A stretch of 64,000 bases of DNA, taken from positions 1 through 64,000 of the IMG/VR virus record IMGVR_UViG_3300014204_000129, one strand, 5' to 3'. Each line of letters begins with the position of its first letter. Within the stretch, counting starts at the first letter, position 1. The DNA is from a virus (Duplodnaviria; Caudoviricetes). Below the pieces are notes generated by a model. It was not told the origin of the DNA, ran no database searches, and was given only the letters and a program-made list of their open reading frames with translations. The position numbers and the translations under genes are program-made. Positions 10,973-20,556 of the stretch are shown here, piece after piece.

Positions 10973-11188
10973 CTATAGGTACGAACGTATATATTATGCA
11001 TTGCTAAGTATATTTATTTGAAAAGTTGGGTTGTGGTGGGTGAGGGGGTATCCCTACCTTACCCTGTCAACGCCGACGGTGAACCTTGTTTCTAGCGCTT
11101 ACTTCCCACACTCCGGTATATCATCGTATGCAGGACACTTGCCAATGGACATTGGTAGGTGTGCCCAGCCGAGTCTGCCCCGTCAAGG

Positions 11189-11311
11189 TTGACATAACAA
11201 GCCCAGCCACGGCGCAGACGTGTGCCATGCCCGGCTTGGATAGCTTGACATAACAAGGTCAGCCCGGGCACTGGGCAGCACCTGTACCCGGGCTGGTTGA
11301 CTTGACATAAC
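11189..11311 (+). repeat. three direct TTGACATAAC repeats (11189, 11245, 11302), plus an inverted copy at 12170-12179
   Basis: Exact 10-mer at 56- and 57-bp intervals; GTTATGTCAA downstream of the GC-rich ORF. Confidence 0.85.
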
Positions 11312-11396
11312 GTACAGCCAGGTCGTGCAGGCCCTCGTGTGCTGTGCAGGCCATCGTTGCACTCCTGATGTGCACGTGTGAGACGTGTGCCCGGAT

Positions 11397-11426
11397 TTGA
11401 CAAGCCACAACGACCGGGTGTAGACT
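11397..11426 (+). promoter_or_regulatory. sigma70-type promoter for the GC-rich ORF
   Basis: TTGACA-18 bp-TAGACT. Confidence 0.6.
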
Positions 11427-11478
11427 GGGGAGGTGGTGAGTCGCCGACTACCTACGCGCTGTCTGTGGAGAAAGTGCT

Positions 11479-12105
11479 ATGTCACGTTCTACCGTCCGTC
11501 CGACTGACTCTGGTACCCTTGCCGCCGTCGCGACCACTGAAGGTGAGATGCTTGCCGCCGTCGCAGCCAATCGTCGGGAACATGCAGCCGCTACTGCCAC
11601 CACCATGCCCGCCACTGAGTCAGACCTGCCCGCAGCCATCGCTGCCGCCGTCGAGGCGCTGCGTGCCGCTGGCCAAGGTGTGCTGGCCGACGCCGCCGTC
11701 ACTCAGTACCGTGAGTCGGTCAAGCCCGCAGCCGTTGTGCCCGCCATCGACGTGGCTCCACTCGCTGGCCCTGAAGTGCTTGCGCACGACGGGGAGTGGA
11801 ATATCGTCGTCGCGTCCGGCAACGGCACGCCCGCCCGTGTGTTCTCCGCCGAACACACACTCACAAAGTTGGATGGCTTGATTTCGGACCTAGCTGCCGT
11901 CACTGCGTCCCGTCGCTTTACGTTCCGTGTCGTGGGCGGCAAGGTCGAGGGCGCGAGTGTCGAGACTGCCAAGCCCGGTGCGGGGAAGCGCACCGGCGAG
12001 ACACCATACATCATCACTGAGACCCGCCTAGCGCGTGCCGAGCGGGCTGCCGAGAAAGCTGCGGCCCGCCTCGCTGCCCTACGTGCCACCACGCCAACCG
12101 CCTAG
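11479..12105 (+). CDS. Ala-rich hypothetical protein with GC-rich codons, monocistronic
   Basis: GGAG SD, own promoter and downstream terminator; third codon positions are mostly G/C. Confidence 0.75.
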   Translation: MSRSTVRPTDSGTLAAVATTEGEMLAAVAANRREHAAATATTMPATESDLPAAIAAAVEALRAAGQGVLADAAVTQYRESVKPAAVVPAIDVAPLAGPEVLAHDGEWNIVVASGNGTPARVFSAEHTLTKLDGLISDLAAVTASRRFTFRVVGGKVEGASVETAKPGAGKRTGETPYIITETRLARAERAAEKAAARLAALRATTPTA

Positions 12106-12126
12106 CGCGTCCCACCGTCTGACCAC

Positions 12127-12155
12127 TGGGGAGCCACCCGGCTCCCCATTCCTTT
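12127..12155 (+). terminator. intrinsic terminator
   Basis: TGGGGAGCC-accc-GGCTCCCCA followed by TTCCTTT. Confidence 0.65.
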
Positions 12156-12336
12156 GCCTAGCCTCGACAGTTATGTCAAGTACCCCTCCCCAGAACGTGT
12201 ACCCACAATCGTCATGAGAAGCCACCAGCACGGTTCCCCGTGCCCTATGGACGGTAGGACACGGTCGGTAGGTAGCAGTGCCTTGCCAGTGTCCTTAGAG
12301 ACGATTCCAGTGGGTCAGAACGTGCGCCCGCAGATG

Positions 12337-12411
12337 TGCCCCAACGTTTCGTGCCCAATATCTTTCGCCCCACAGTCTCTCACCCGGTAGTCTCTTGCCC
12401 CATAGTCTCTC
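12337..12411 (+). repeat. degenerate ~15-bp tandem repeats
   Basis: gccccacagtctctc / acccggtagtctctt / gccccatagtctctc at 12367-12411, with looser copies upstream. Confidence 0.7.
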
Positions 12412-12709
12412 GTCCTCGAAGCTTCGGAAGCGAGAAGCTTTTGGCTCGCAACCTCCCCCCACGTTTTCACACCAATTTTCACTATAGTGTTTAGGGCAAA
12501 TATTAGGATAGACATTATATATACATTTATATATAATTAGATATAGTTGTATAATATTATGTATATATATTATTATATGTTGCTAAGCACTTGGTATACA
12601 CATGTTGAGCACCATAGATATGTCGTTATAAATACATAGCCAATATACATAAGCATCACACTCACCTATGTGTCACACACGTGCCTGTCGTTGCCTAAGT
12701 CTGTCGGTA

Positions 12710-12759
12710 TGTCGTTATAAACCCATAGTATAATATTATACTATGGGTTAATACCGACA
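12710..12759. repeat. palindromic site A: 18-bp inverted arms around a 14-bp self-complementary core
   Basis: TGTCGTTATAAACCCATA-GTATAATATTATAC-TATGGGTTAATACCGACA; an extra half-site at 12621-12638. Confidence 0.9.
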
Positions 12760-12900
12760 CTTTCAAACGACACCCTCTGCCACAAATATCCCAAATCTAC
12801 ACACAGCACTGTATAAACCCACCACATGCACGCTCATTCTAACCACTACCATGCACTAATATAACCATACTTAGCATTACTAACAAAAATATCACCCTAA

Positions 12901-12985
12901 TTGCGGGACAAAATAAGCCCTTGCGGGACAAAAGCGGGACAAACTTCGTGTCCCCGGGACAAACTCATCCACGTATGCGGGACAA
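12901..12985 (+). repeat. five iteron-like CGGGACAA repeats
   Basis: TTGCGGGACAAAA at 12901 and 12921, GCGGGACAAA at 12934, CGGGACAAA at 12955, TGCGGGACAA at 12976. Confidence 0.9.
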
Positions 12986-13007
12986 GCCATACTCTACTAA
13001 ACTGTAC

Positions 13008-13036
13008 TTGACAACAGTCACAGTGTGCACTATACT
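13008..13036 (+). promoter_or_regulatory. near-consensus sigma70 promoter
   Basis: TTGACA-17 bp-TATACT, followed by a GGAG SD and ATG at 13056. Confidence 0.8.
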
Positions 13037-13055
13037 GGGCTCTGGAGAATGCCAT

Positions 13056-13433
13056 ATGCAAGATACGCAAGAAGTGATCCGTATGATAGGTTTGTGTGGG
13101 TTCTGGATAGTCAAACCATATAAATCTACCCTAGAGTTTCGTCACACAGACATCACCCTCTTACAGTCTCTCAAGAATAACATAGGCACTGGCAGCCTGC
13201 ACAACCACCACAACCACTATCGCTACAAAATAACCAGCCTAGTCACTCAACTACAAATAATTTCTGAAATTTCAAACACAGATTTAAACCTCGCTAGAAC
13301 TCTATTTGAAGAACTCTTGACCAACCGCCTGGACATCGAAACACGCGAGTTAATTGGCCAATATCACACGCAGATAGTAGAAACAGCAGAGAATTGTGGG
13401 TTCATTGTTGAGGAAACTTTGTTAGAGCGATAG
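13056..13433 (+). CDS. degenerate LAGLIDADG-fold-like protein (start revised from 12921)
   Basis: EFRHTDITLLQSLKNNIGTGSL...YRYKITS resembles the LAGLIDADG beta/alpha core; no intact LAGLIDADG helix. Confidence 0.45.
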   Translation: MQDTQEVIRMIGLCGFWIVKPYKSTLEFRHTDITLLQSLKNNIGTGSLHNHHNHYRYKITSLVTQLQIISEISNTDLNLARTLFEELLTNRLDIETRELIGQYHTQIVETAENCGFIVEETLLER

Positions 13434-14413
13434 TTAGATAGGGATGGTATTTAGTGTTAGAAACCATTTCACAAATAAAACACTCACTTTCATATATTTA
13501 CTAAGGCTAAACTCTTACAACTTTCAGCATTACATATTATTGGTGTTATCCCCCGCCGAGTATCATCCCTGTCAGAATATTGTCAAAGATATACTTGACC
13601 TTATCCCGCCTACTGGCTGCCTTGCAGGACGCTAGCATCGGCTCCGCTGCTTTGCAGGACCGTGGCGCCGATTTGCGCGCTGGCGCCCGCTGTGGTAGGG
13701 TAGGGCACGGGTCGGACCATTGCGGGCGCGCCGTCGCATCTTTCGCAACATTCTATGGGGAGTGTAACTTTGAAGATAACCAGAGCTCACAATACCTTGC
13801 TCATTCTGCAAGCATCAGATCTTGACAGCGTACCAAATGTCAAGGTTATTAGTGAGGGACCAAAGGCCCCGGAAATTACACACACACTATTCCTTGCCCA
13901 TAGTGGCAGGATGTACAATCTGAAGCTAGATTTGTGGGAAGATATCCGCATGGCTTGTGGGCGGATATCTTGCTTCTCACATACCCCGCAGTCTATGCTA
14001 CTTATCCCAGAAGGTTTGACTAACCTACCAAAGAACTATGAACAATATACGCTGAGGTTCGCTGGCAAGGTTATTGCTTACCTTTACTGGCCACACACAT
14101 TGGGTGCAGTTAAGAGATTTGGTTACAAAGACGTTGTGATAGACAATCCTACCTTTGGTGACCGAACAAACGTGGTTGTGGAAAGTGTGCCGGAGTACTG
14201 GAAGGAAGTTATGATGGCACAGGTTACTGGCATCACAGAAGCTATGGCAAGGCAATTGTTGGGCATAGCTGAGTGGAAAGAGAATATAGTAAGTGAGTTT
14301 CAGAATATAGACTAATAAGAATCAGTATAATAATAGTTCATGTATCAGGGTAGCAATACTCTGAGGATGAATGTCGTGCTAAGTTGGGGCAGAGTAACAT
14401 CTGCCCCAGTTTC

Positions 14414-14459
14414 TATTGTGGATTAACCAGAGTAAAGATACTGTGGTTAGCACACAATA
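14414..14459 (+). promoter_or_regulatory. SD-proximal stem-loop H1
   Basis: TATTGTG..TTAACCA-G-AGTA-aaga-TACT-G-TGGTTAG..CACAATA, then AGGAG; ATG at 14471. Confidence 0.7.
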
Positions 14460-15552
14460 AGGAGAGAATCATGAAGGGTCATGTGTGGCTACATAGGAAG
14501 TTTCAGAACTCTCCAGGAGTGTGGATGGTAAAGTTGCCAGGAGACATTGCCCGACCTGTTGGGAAGGAAGATGAGCAGGGGGTAAGTGAAGAGATCTTAA
14601 TTGCACGAGCAGAAGTTTCTCGTGCACGTGAGGAGTATGTGAATCTCATCTGTGACATGCTCAGAGAGAAGTATGACAACGCTGTCATAACTGTACACGA
14701 CAAGTATGTGACAGCAGAAGTGCGTGGAAAGGTTGTGGCTAAGAAGGCTCTGAGGGTATAACGTCATGCAGACAGCCAAGTGTGGGTGCGTTGTGGATGT
14801 AAGTAAGAACTGGATAGAAAAGCACTGCAAAGTGCTAGAGGATGCTTTAAGGTTATCTAGCACAGGCAAGAACTTTAACCCTGATCCTGACTCGTTCATG
14901 AAGAATTACCAGATTGCTCAGGAGCACATTATTGCAGTGAAAAAAGAGGTAGGATTACTGCAATGAAGTGTGCAAGGCATTAATAAGGAGAGGTAGTAAT
15001 GAAGAAGTGGATGATTGTGCTAGCACTAACTGGCATATTCGTTCTCCGGGACATGCCAAACAAGTTGGAGAGTGTCTGGATGAAGACGTTTGTGACTAAG
15101 TATGGAGAAGTGATACCAGGACATGCAGACTGGTATCAGTTTGACTATTAGTTAGTGATTGACAAAGCTCATTAGTATATAATATATACTGTGAGCTTTG
15201 ATGAGACTAAGAGGAGTGTGCTGTGGAACTAAAGTGGGCAGAGATGGGCTGGTGGTATGGCAGCAACGAATTCGATAAGAAGTTGCTGGGGGAGGCTGGT
15301 AACTCAAGTTATCGGGTGGAAGATCAGTGCCAGGCAATGAGGACGTCTGACTTCGTGCTCATAACGTCAGAGCACAAGATGACCATAATCTCCGCAGACA
15401 CTATCGTGCGGGGATTTGGTGAGGATAAGGATGGCAAGAGTTTGAGAGAGCTAATGAAGGAGGAAGTTATCTATAACTACGCTCTTCGCTGTTAATGCAA
15501 TAATGGTTAATGAGGGAGCTATACTTTGGCTCCCTCATTAAGATTAGGGCAC

Positions 15553-15596
15553 TTTTGCTATTTACCAGAGTCATAAGATTGTGGTAAGCAGCAAAG
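15553..15596 (+). promoter_or_regulatory. SD-proximal stem-loop H2
   Basis: TTTTGCT..TTACCA-G-AGTC-ataa-GATT-G-TGGTAA..AGCAAAG. Confidence 0.7.
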
Positions 15597-15608
15597 GGGT
15601 GACTAACT

Positions 15609-16028
15609 GTGAACAAAGAGTATCTAAACTGGTCACTAGAAGCCTGTGATTGGTTATATAAGCAGTATAATATAACCAATTATAGGTCAACGGTACTTGA
15701 CAAGAATGTCAAGACTTGTTGGTATGAGTACAACAGTGGCCTGCACCAGATAACTATTGGTCAGCATTACACAGCTAAGTTGTCAACAGATGGATATAGA
15801 GAGTACGATGAAGTTGAATGGGTATGGGATAATGTAGATAGTGGCTTCGATGATCGTGATAATTGGCAGTTTATGCAAGTGTGGAAAGTGGTGTTGCACG
15901 AGTTCGCTCACGTGTTGTGGTCAGATATTTATTGGGATAGTGGTGAGGACGTACATGGCAGTAAGTATCAATCTCTGCTTAGAGAGTTGATAGAGACTTA
16001 CCCTTGGCATGTATTTCTCCGACCATAA
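15609..16028 (+). CDS. SprT-like HExxH metallopeptidase
   Basis: VLHEFAH with a downstream HG. Confidence 0.55.
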   Translation: MNKEYLNWSLEACDWLYKQYNITNYRSTVLDKNVKTCWYEYNSGLHQITIGQHYTAKLSTDGYREYDEVEWVWDNVDSGFDDRDNWQFMQVWKVVLHEFAHVLWSDIYWDSGEDVHGSKYQSLLRELIETYPWHVFLRP

Positions 16029-17203
16029 TGCATGTTATGGTCTAGGGCACTAATAAGGAGAGAAACTGTGGGTACGTGTCCGATTTGTGGAAAGATTCAT
16101 CGGGAGTATCCTGAGGAGTGCTTGCGGGCCGCAGAACTTGCCTGTAAGAAGTTGTGCAAGGGTGTGACTCATCATGATGACTGCATGTTGGAGGACATGC
16201 AGGAATACGTTAGTTGTGGTAGGTCTGTTGAAGAGTATTTAGATCCAGAAGATGCCTTCGAGGAAACTCCCGATGAAGTATATGCGCGACAATACTGGGA
16301 GGACATGGATAGAGAGTTCTACGAAGAGCTAGATAACGCCGACGAACCTCTCGACTGGGTTGATGACTTTGATCGTCGTTCGATAGAAGATCTTGATGGG
16401 CCTATATTCGATGGTCAGGAGTACTAATATGGAAGATCCCGCGGACAGAGTTGATATCAAGGAAGAGTTGGAGAAGTTATCCGAAGAAGAACTAGTGCAG
16501 GAGTATACATTCCTGCTATCTTTGGAGGAATAACATGCGGGATTATATCATGCTCAGTAGTGCACCTGTGGAAGAGGATTGTGCACAGGTTGGTAACGCC
16601 AACTATAGTGAGCAAGCACAGAGAGAGTGTAGAGAACTAATAAGGATGATGGAGGAGATTCATCCTGAGCAGCCTAAGATGTTCTTTGGCTACTACAAGA
16701 TCAAAGGTTTCCCCCATGACTTCGGTACATATTATGAGGTCGTGGCTATGTATGATGATGAGAATGAGGAAAGTATAGACTGGGCGTTCGATGCAGAGAG
16801 TCTTATCCCAGAACATTGGGATGAGCTTGCAAAGAAGAATCTACGTGGATAAGTGGGCAGCGTGGAAGAGGCAAGTGAAACACTATCTCATAAGATACTG
16901 GAGGTATAATAAGGGGATAAACAGTCAAAGGCTTCTAGCCCTATATAACTACGGTTATACAAGCAAGGAAGCTGCGCGTAAAATAGCCCACCAGGAGGTA
17001 TACTGTGCCTAATGTCAAGCGCTTGCAGAACCGTGAGGGAGTTAGACGATACGAAGTTAGTAACTGTAAGAGTCGTGAGCGCGCAGTCAGGGCCGTTGCA
17101 CAGATGTATCGTTATGATAAACATTGTTGGGCGTACTACACCGTGGAAGTTGATAGTGGGTTCAGAGTAGACGTAGTGAAGAATAAGAACCCACTACCAG
17201 ACA

Positions 17204-17270
17204 CTTTGTTGTAGGTTTACACGCAGGGCCTAAACATCGGTTTAGACCCTGGTGTTAGTCTATAACAAAG
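17204..17270 (+). promoter_or_regulatory. SD-proximal stem-loop H3
   Basis: CTTTGTTGTAGG...CAGGGCCTAAAC-atcg-GTTTAGACCCTG...TCTATAACAAAG, then GAGAG. Confidence 0.75.
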
Positions 17271-18076
17271 GAGAGACACGATGTACGAAGTAGTGAGCGG
17301 CCACGAAGCAGGACATCTGTACCACGACTACGTCTTCAGGTGCAAGAATGAGGAGGAAGCAAGAGAGTGCATAAAGGCCCTTGATGAGTATGCTAATAGG
17401 CAACAAACTCAGAACTGGGTTTGGGGTCCACAAATGTGGAAGAAGGCAGACACTTGTGTACCTATTCATTGGAATGGGTACCAAGAAGTAGATGCTCCCT
17501 GGTGGAGTGGTACCCTGAATATTGTGTCTTGCGAGAAGTGTGTCTACCACGGATGTGCAGGGAGATTGTATGCCCCGATAACCGACGGCAACAGAATGTG
17601 TGCTACTTTCAAGAGTGTCAGTATCAAGGAGAGCAAGGTGAGCACGAAGTTGGATGACGCAATAAAGGCGCGTGTAGAGATGTGTGCTGAGTGTCACAAG
17701 CTCATTAGTTGTGACCTCATACAGGACTCAGCGAAACTGTGGGCAAAGATGATGTACTCACAGTTTGAGAATGAGATGACCGAGCATTCACTATACCTGC
17801 ACGTATATGGTGCAATCTTGCAGCGCCGTGATACTGTGCAGGTCGTGTATGCTGCGCACTATGACTCAGTAGATGTTGTGGATGTGATTGTCAAGAGAGA
17901 TCATAGTGTCCCGTTTGAGGAGGATAGAGAAGCAGCAAGGAAGAAGGCTATGGATCGTATGAAGGGACAGCTTGTGCAGGATAGTTCTCAGGGCTGTCAC
18001 AAGTCTGTTGTTATAGCTGCCTGGATAAGGTGCTATAATGAGATGGATGATGTTTGGGAGGGCAGTGTTCTCACCC

Positions 18077-18137
18077 GTTAAGTCGTGAGCTAGGCCCCAC
18101 CAGCAGGAATGTTGGTGGGGTTTGCTCAGGGCATAAC
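18077..18137 (+). promoter_or_regulatory. SD-proximal stem-loop H4
   Basis: TGAGC-t-AGGCCCCACCAGCA-ggaa-TGTTGGTGGGGTTT-GCTCA. Confidence 0.75.
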
Positions 18138-18964
18138 AAAAAGGAGAGAAATCGTGCTGGCGAAGTGTGGATGTATGATAAGGGAGAGAGAAGTTGCTGC
18201 CCAGAACTAGAAAGATTGGAGAGAAAGTGTAGGGAGATAGCAAGGAAGCAGGGTAGATCATATCCTACCATCGGTAAGTACTTGGCGAGAATAGAGATAC
18301 ATAAGAATCTTGCACAGGGAGAGGGACAATGACACTCTATCGTGCAGAGTTCTACACTCGGAACGATGAGAAGGTTGGTGAGGCACAATTCTTGGCCAGC
18401 AACCAGAGCCAGGTAAGTGCCCAAGTGCAGGCTAGCATTAATGACCTACACGATCTTGGCATCACTGATCTGTTCTGCGTGGAAATCAGCATCATCTAAG
18501 GAGAAACGTGGTGTTCAAGCCAGTTTGGCAGACATCTGGTGAGACATATATTGCTAGTAAGGAGGAACTAGCGGGTATGTCAGAGAGAGATAAGCTTGAG
18601 TATGAACTGTTCTTTGCTCCGGCCAGACCGGCAACACTGAGGCAGGAACTTCACCTGTATGCACAACAGGAAACTGGTGTGCAAGAACCAAAGGTAAGTA
18701 TCTTGCCCGCACAGCGCCGACCTAACAGGTTGACAATGTAAGGTGAAGATAAGATGATTGGCAGAGTTGTTGGGCTGTGTGATGTGCGTGGCTATGATAG
18801 CTACGTTGGGGTTGTCATAAAGGAACTAACTGATTATCCTGGATTCTTCATTGTTGAGTACACCAACAGTGAGGAACAAACTGTGCCCTTGGTGGTATCA
18901 AGGGATGATGTAGTAAGATATCAGGAGGAAGGCTTTCCAATACAATTCTACCCCATAGAGTGAC

Positions 18965-19015
18965 CTAACACACAGCCAGCAAGGTACAATGAGGTATCTT
19001 GTTGGCTGTAGTTAG
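18965..19015 (+). promoter_or_regulatory. SD-proximal stem-loop H5
   Basis: CTAAC..ACAGCCAGCAAGGTAC-aatgag-GTATCTTGTTGGCTGT.GTTAG. Confidence 0.75.
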
Positions 19016-20495
19016 AGCATTAAGGAGGGGTATATGGAAGTAGAGGTCTGGACAAGATCTGGGGAAGTATCGGTGTTCCATAACGTAGATAAGCTGTACT
19101 ATGCTAACTTTGACTATCCATCAGAAAGTGTACTAGTGCTGCACTCTAATATACATGATAAGGAGGCTCGATACCCAGCAAGAAGGATCTCTGGTATAAC
19201 TGCCACTGTGGAAGATCGGGTGGCTTCCTTCTTCACGTTTGGTGGGGTCGATCACGTTGTGAGGTAAGCAACCATGCACTACTTTATCGTGCGCTATCGC
19301 AACGGAAATCTAGCAGAGATACATGAAGATTATGGGCTTAAGGAGGATATTTACAACAAGTACCTATATGATCCTTGTGTGCCTTCTAGGACATACTCGG
19401 TATTTGGCCCATACAGATCTGCGGAACTAAGAGATATCGCAGAACAGGAGTATCGTGATGAAACCTTGGCGGGTAACTTGTGAGAACTGCCCAGAGCTAG
19501 GAGAATGTGACGGCATATCAAAGCCTGTTTCTTATCTCAGTGAGGAGGATGCAAAGAAAGATAAGCAGTGTCCGATGCAGGAAGTGCGGCAGGATAACTG
19601 GCCATGCTTGAAGTGCTAATAGTAATAGGATGGATAGTTCTGTCAAGCACTTTGGGTATACTAGTAGATAAACTACGAGGTAGATAATGACCATCATTTT
19701 GGACTATGAAACCATCACTGAAGTCATGGAAGTGGTGGCACATGCCGCAGTCATCATACTAGCAATCTCCTGGATAATCGCAAGTCTAACACCGGAGAAG
19801 TAAGATGTGCTGGACAGTAAGTTGTGAGGGATGTCCTAGTGTGCCCTCAAACTATCCTGGATGTCCAAATGCCACTGTGCCCTCTCGTGACTTCGTCAGT
19901 TATTTGACGAGAGAGGATGCGGAGAAGGCTAAGGTCTGCACATTGCAGGAGGTATATGAAGAGAAAGAGAGTTGTGAGGAGCTGTACATTAGGGAGCTAA
20001 TGAGGAGACTGTAACGTGGCAGAACTAGACTACGTGTACCTTAATGGACTAAATGTTCCTTGCTACCGAGTGTTTGGTATCAAGATGAGAGTCTTTGTTA
20101 GTCCAAAGACAGTTGCACGGGAACTGTTCTTAAGGATTAGGCGCAATACACAGCCTGATACTCCAGAAACAGTTCAAGTTAAGTTAACATCTCTACCGTC
20201 CAGTTTCACAGTGATGTACTACGGACCGAAGACCGAAGAGGAGATTCTAAAGCTAGCATCTGACCTTGAAAAGGAGCTTAATAATGGGGTACAAGAGATC
20301 AATGCAAGCTGTCCATTCGGCGGAGAGTGTTGCTGCAAATAATCCTGAGGATACCGTTGTGGTGTTCAAGGGAGAGGACAATAAGTACCATATTAGGCGC
20401 TTTAATGAGGAGCGCGGAGTAGATACGTTCGTGGAGAAGAGAAGGGGTAATATTCACAGTATCATTAGGCCAGAGGCATAAGTAGAACCTACAAG

Positions 20496-20556
20496 TTAGT
20501 TATACCTTTCGTCAGTAGTCAGGGAAACTTGACTACTGATATAAGGGCGTAACTAA
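20496..20556 (+). promoter_or_regulatory. SD-proximal stem-loop H6
   Basis: TTAGTTATACCT..GTCAGTAGTCAGG-gaaa-CTTGACTACTGAT..AGGGCGTAACTAA. Confidence 0.75.

Noticed and set aside
11189-11311. CRISPR mini-array
   Set aside because: The repeat is only 10-11 bp with three copies, the spacers are self-complementary, and there is no cas operon. The PD-(D/E)XK gene sits in a recombination module.
11092-12217. Many overlapping ORFs on both strands around the GC-rich gene
   Set aside because: Expected shadow ORFs in high-GC DNA; only 11479-12105 has a promoter, SD and terminator.
12170-12300. IscB/HEARO omega-RNA start (GTCAAGTACCCC resembles GTCAACTACCCC)
   Set aside because: The characteristic following hairpin and an adjacent IscB/TnpB gene are absent.
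12921-13055. N-terminal extension of ORF 12921-13433
   Set aside because: It is a translation of the CGGGACAA repeats; the promoter and SD support ATG 13056.
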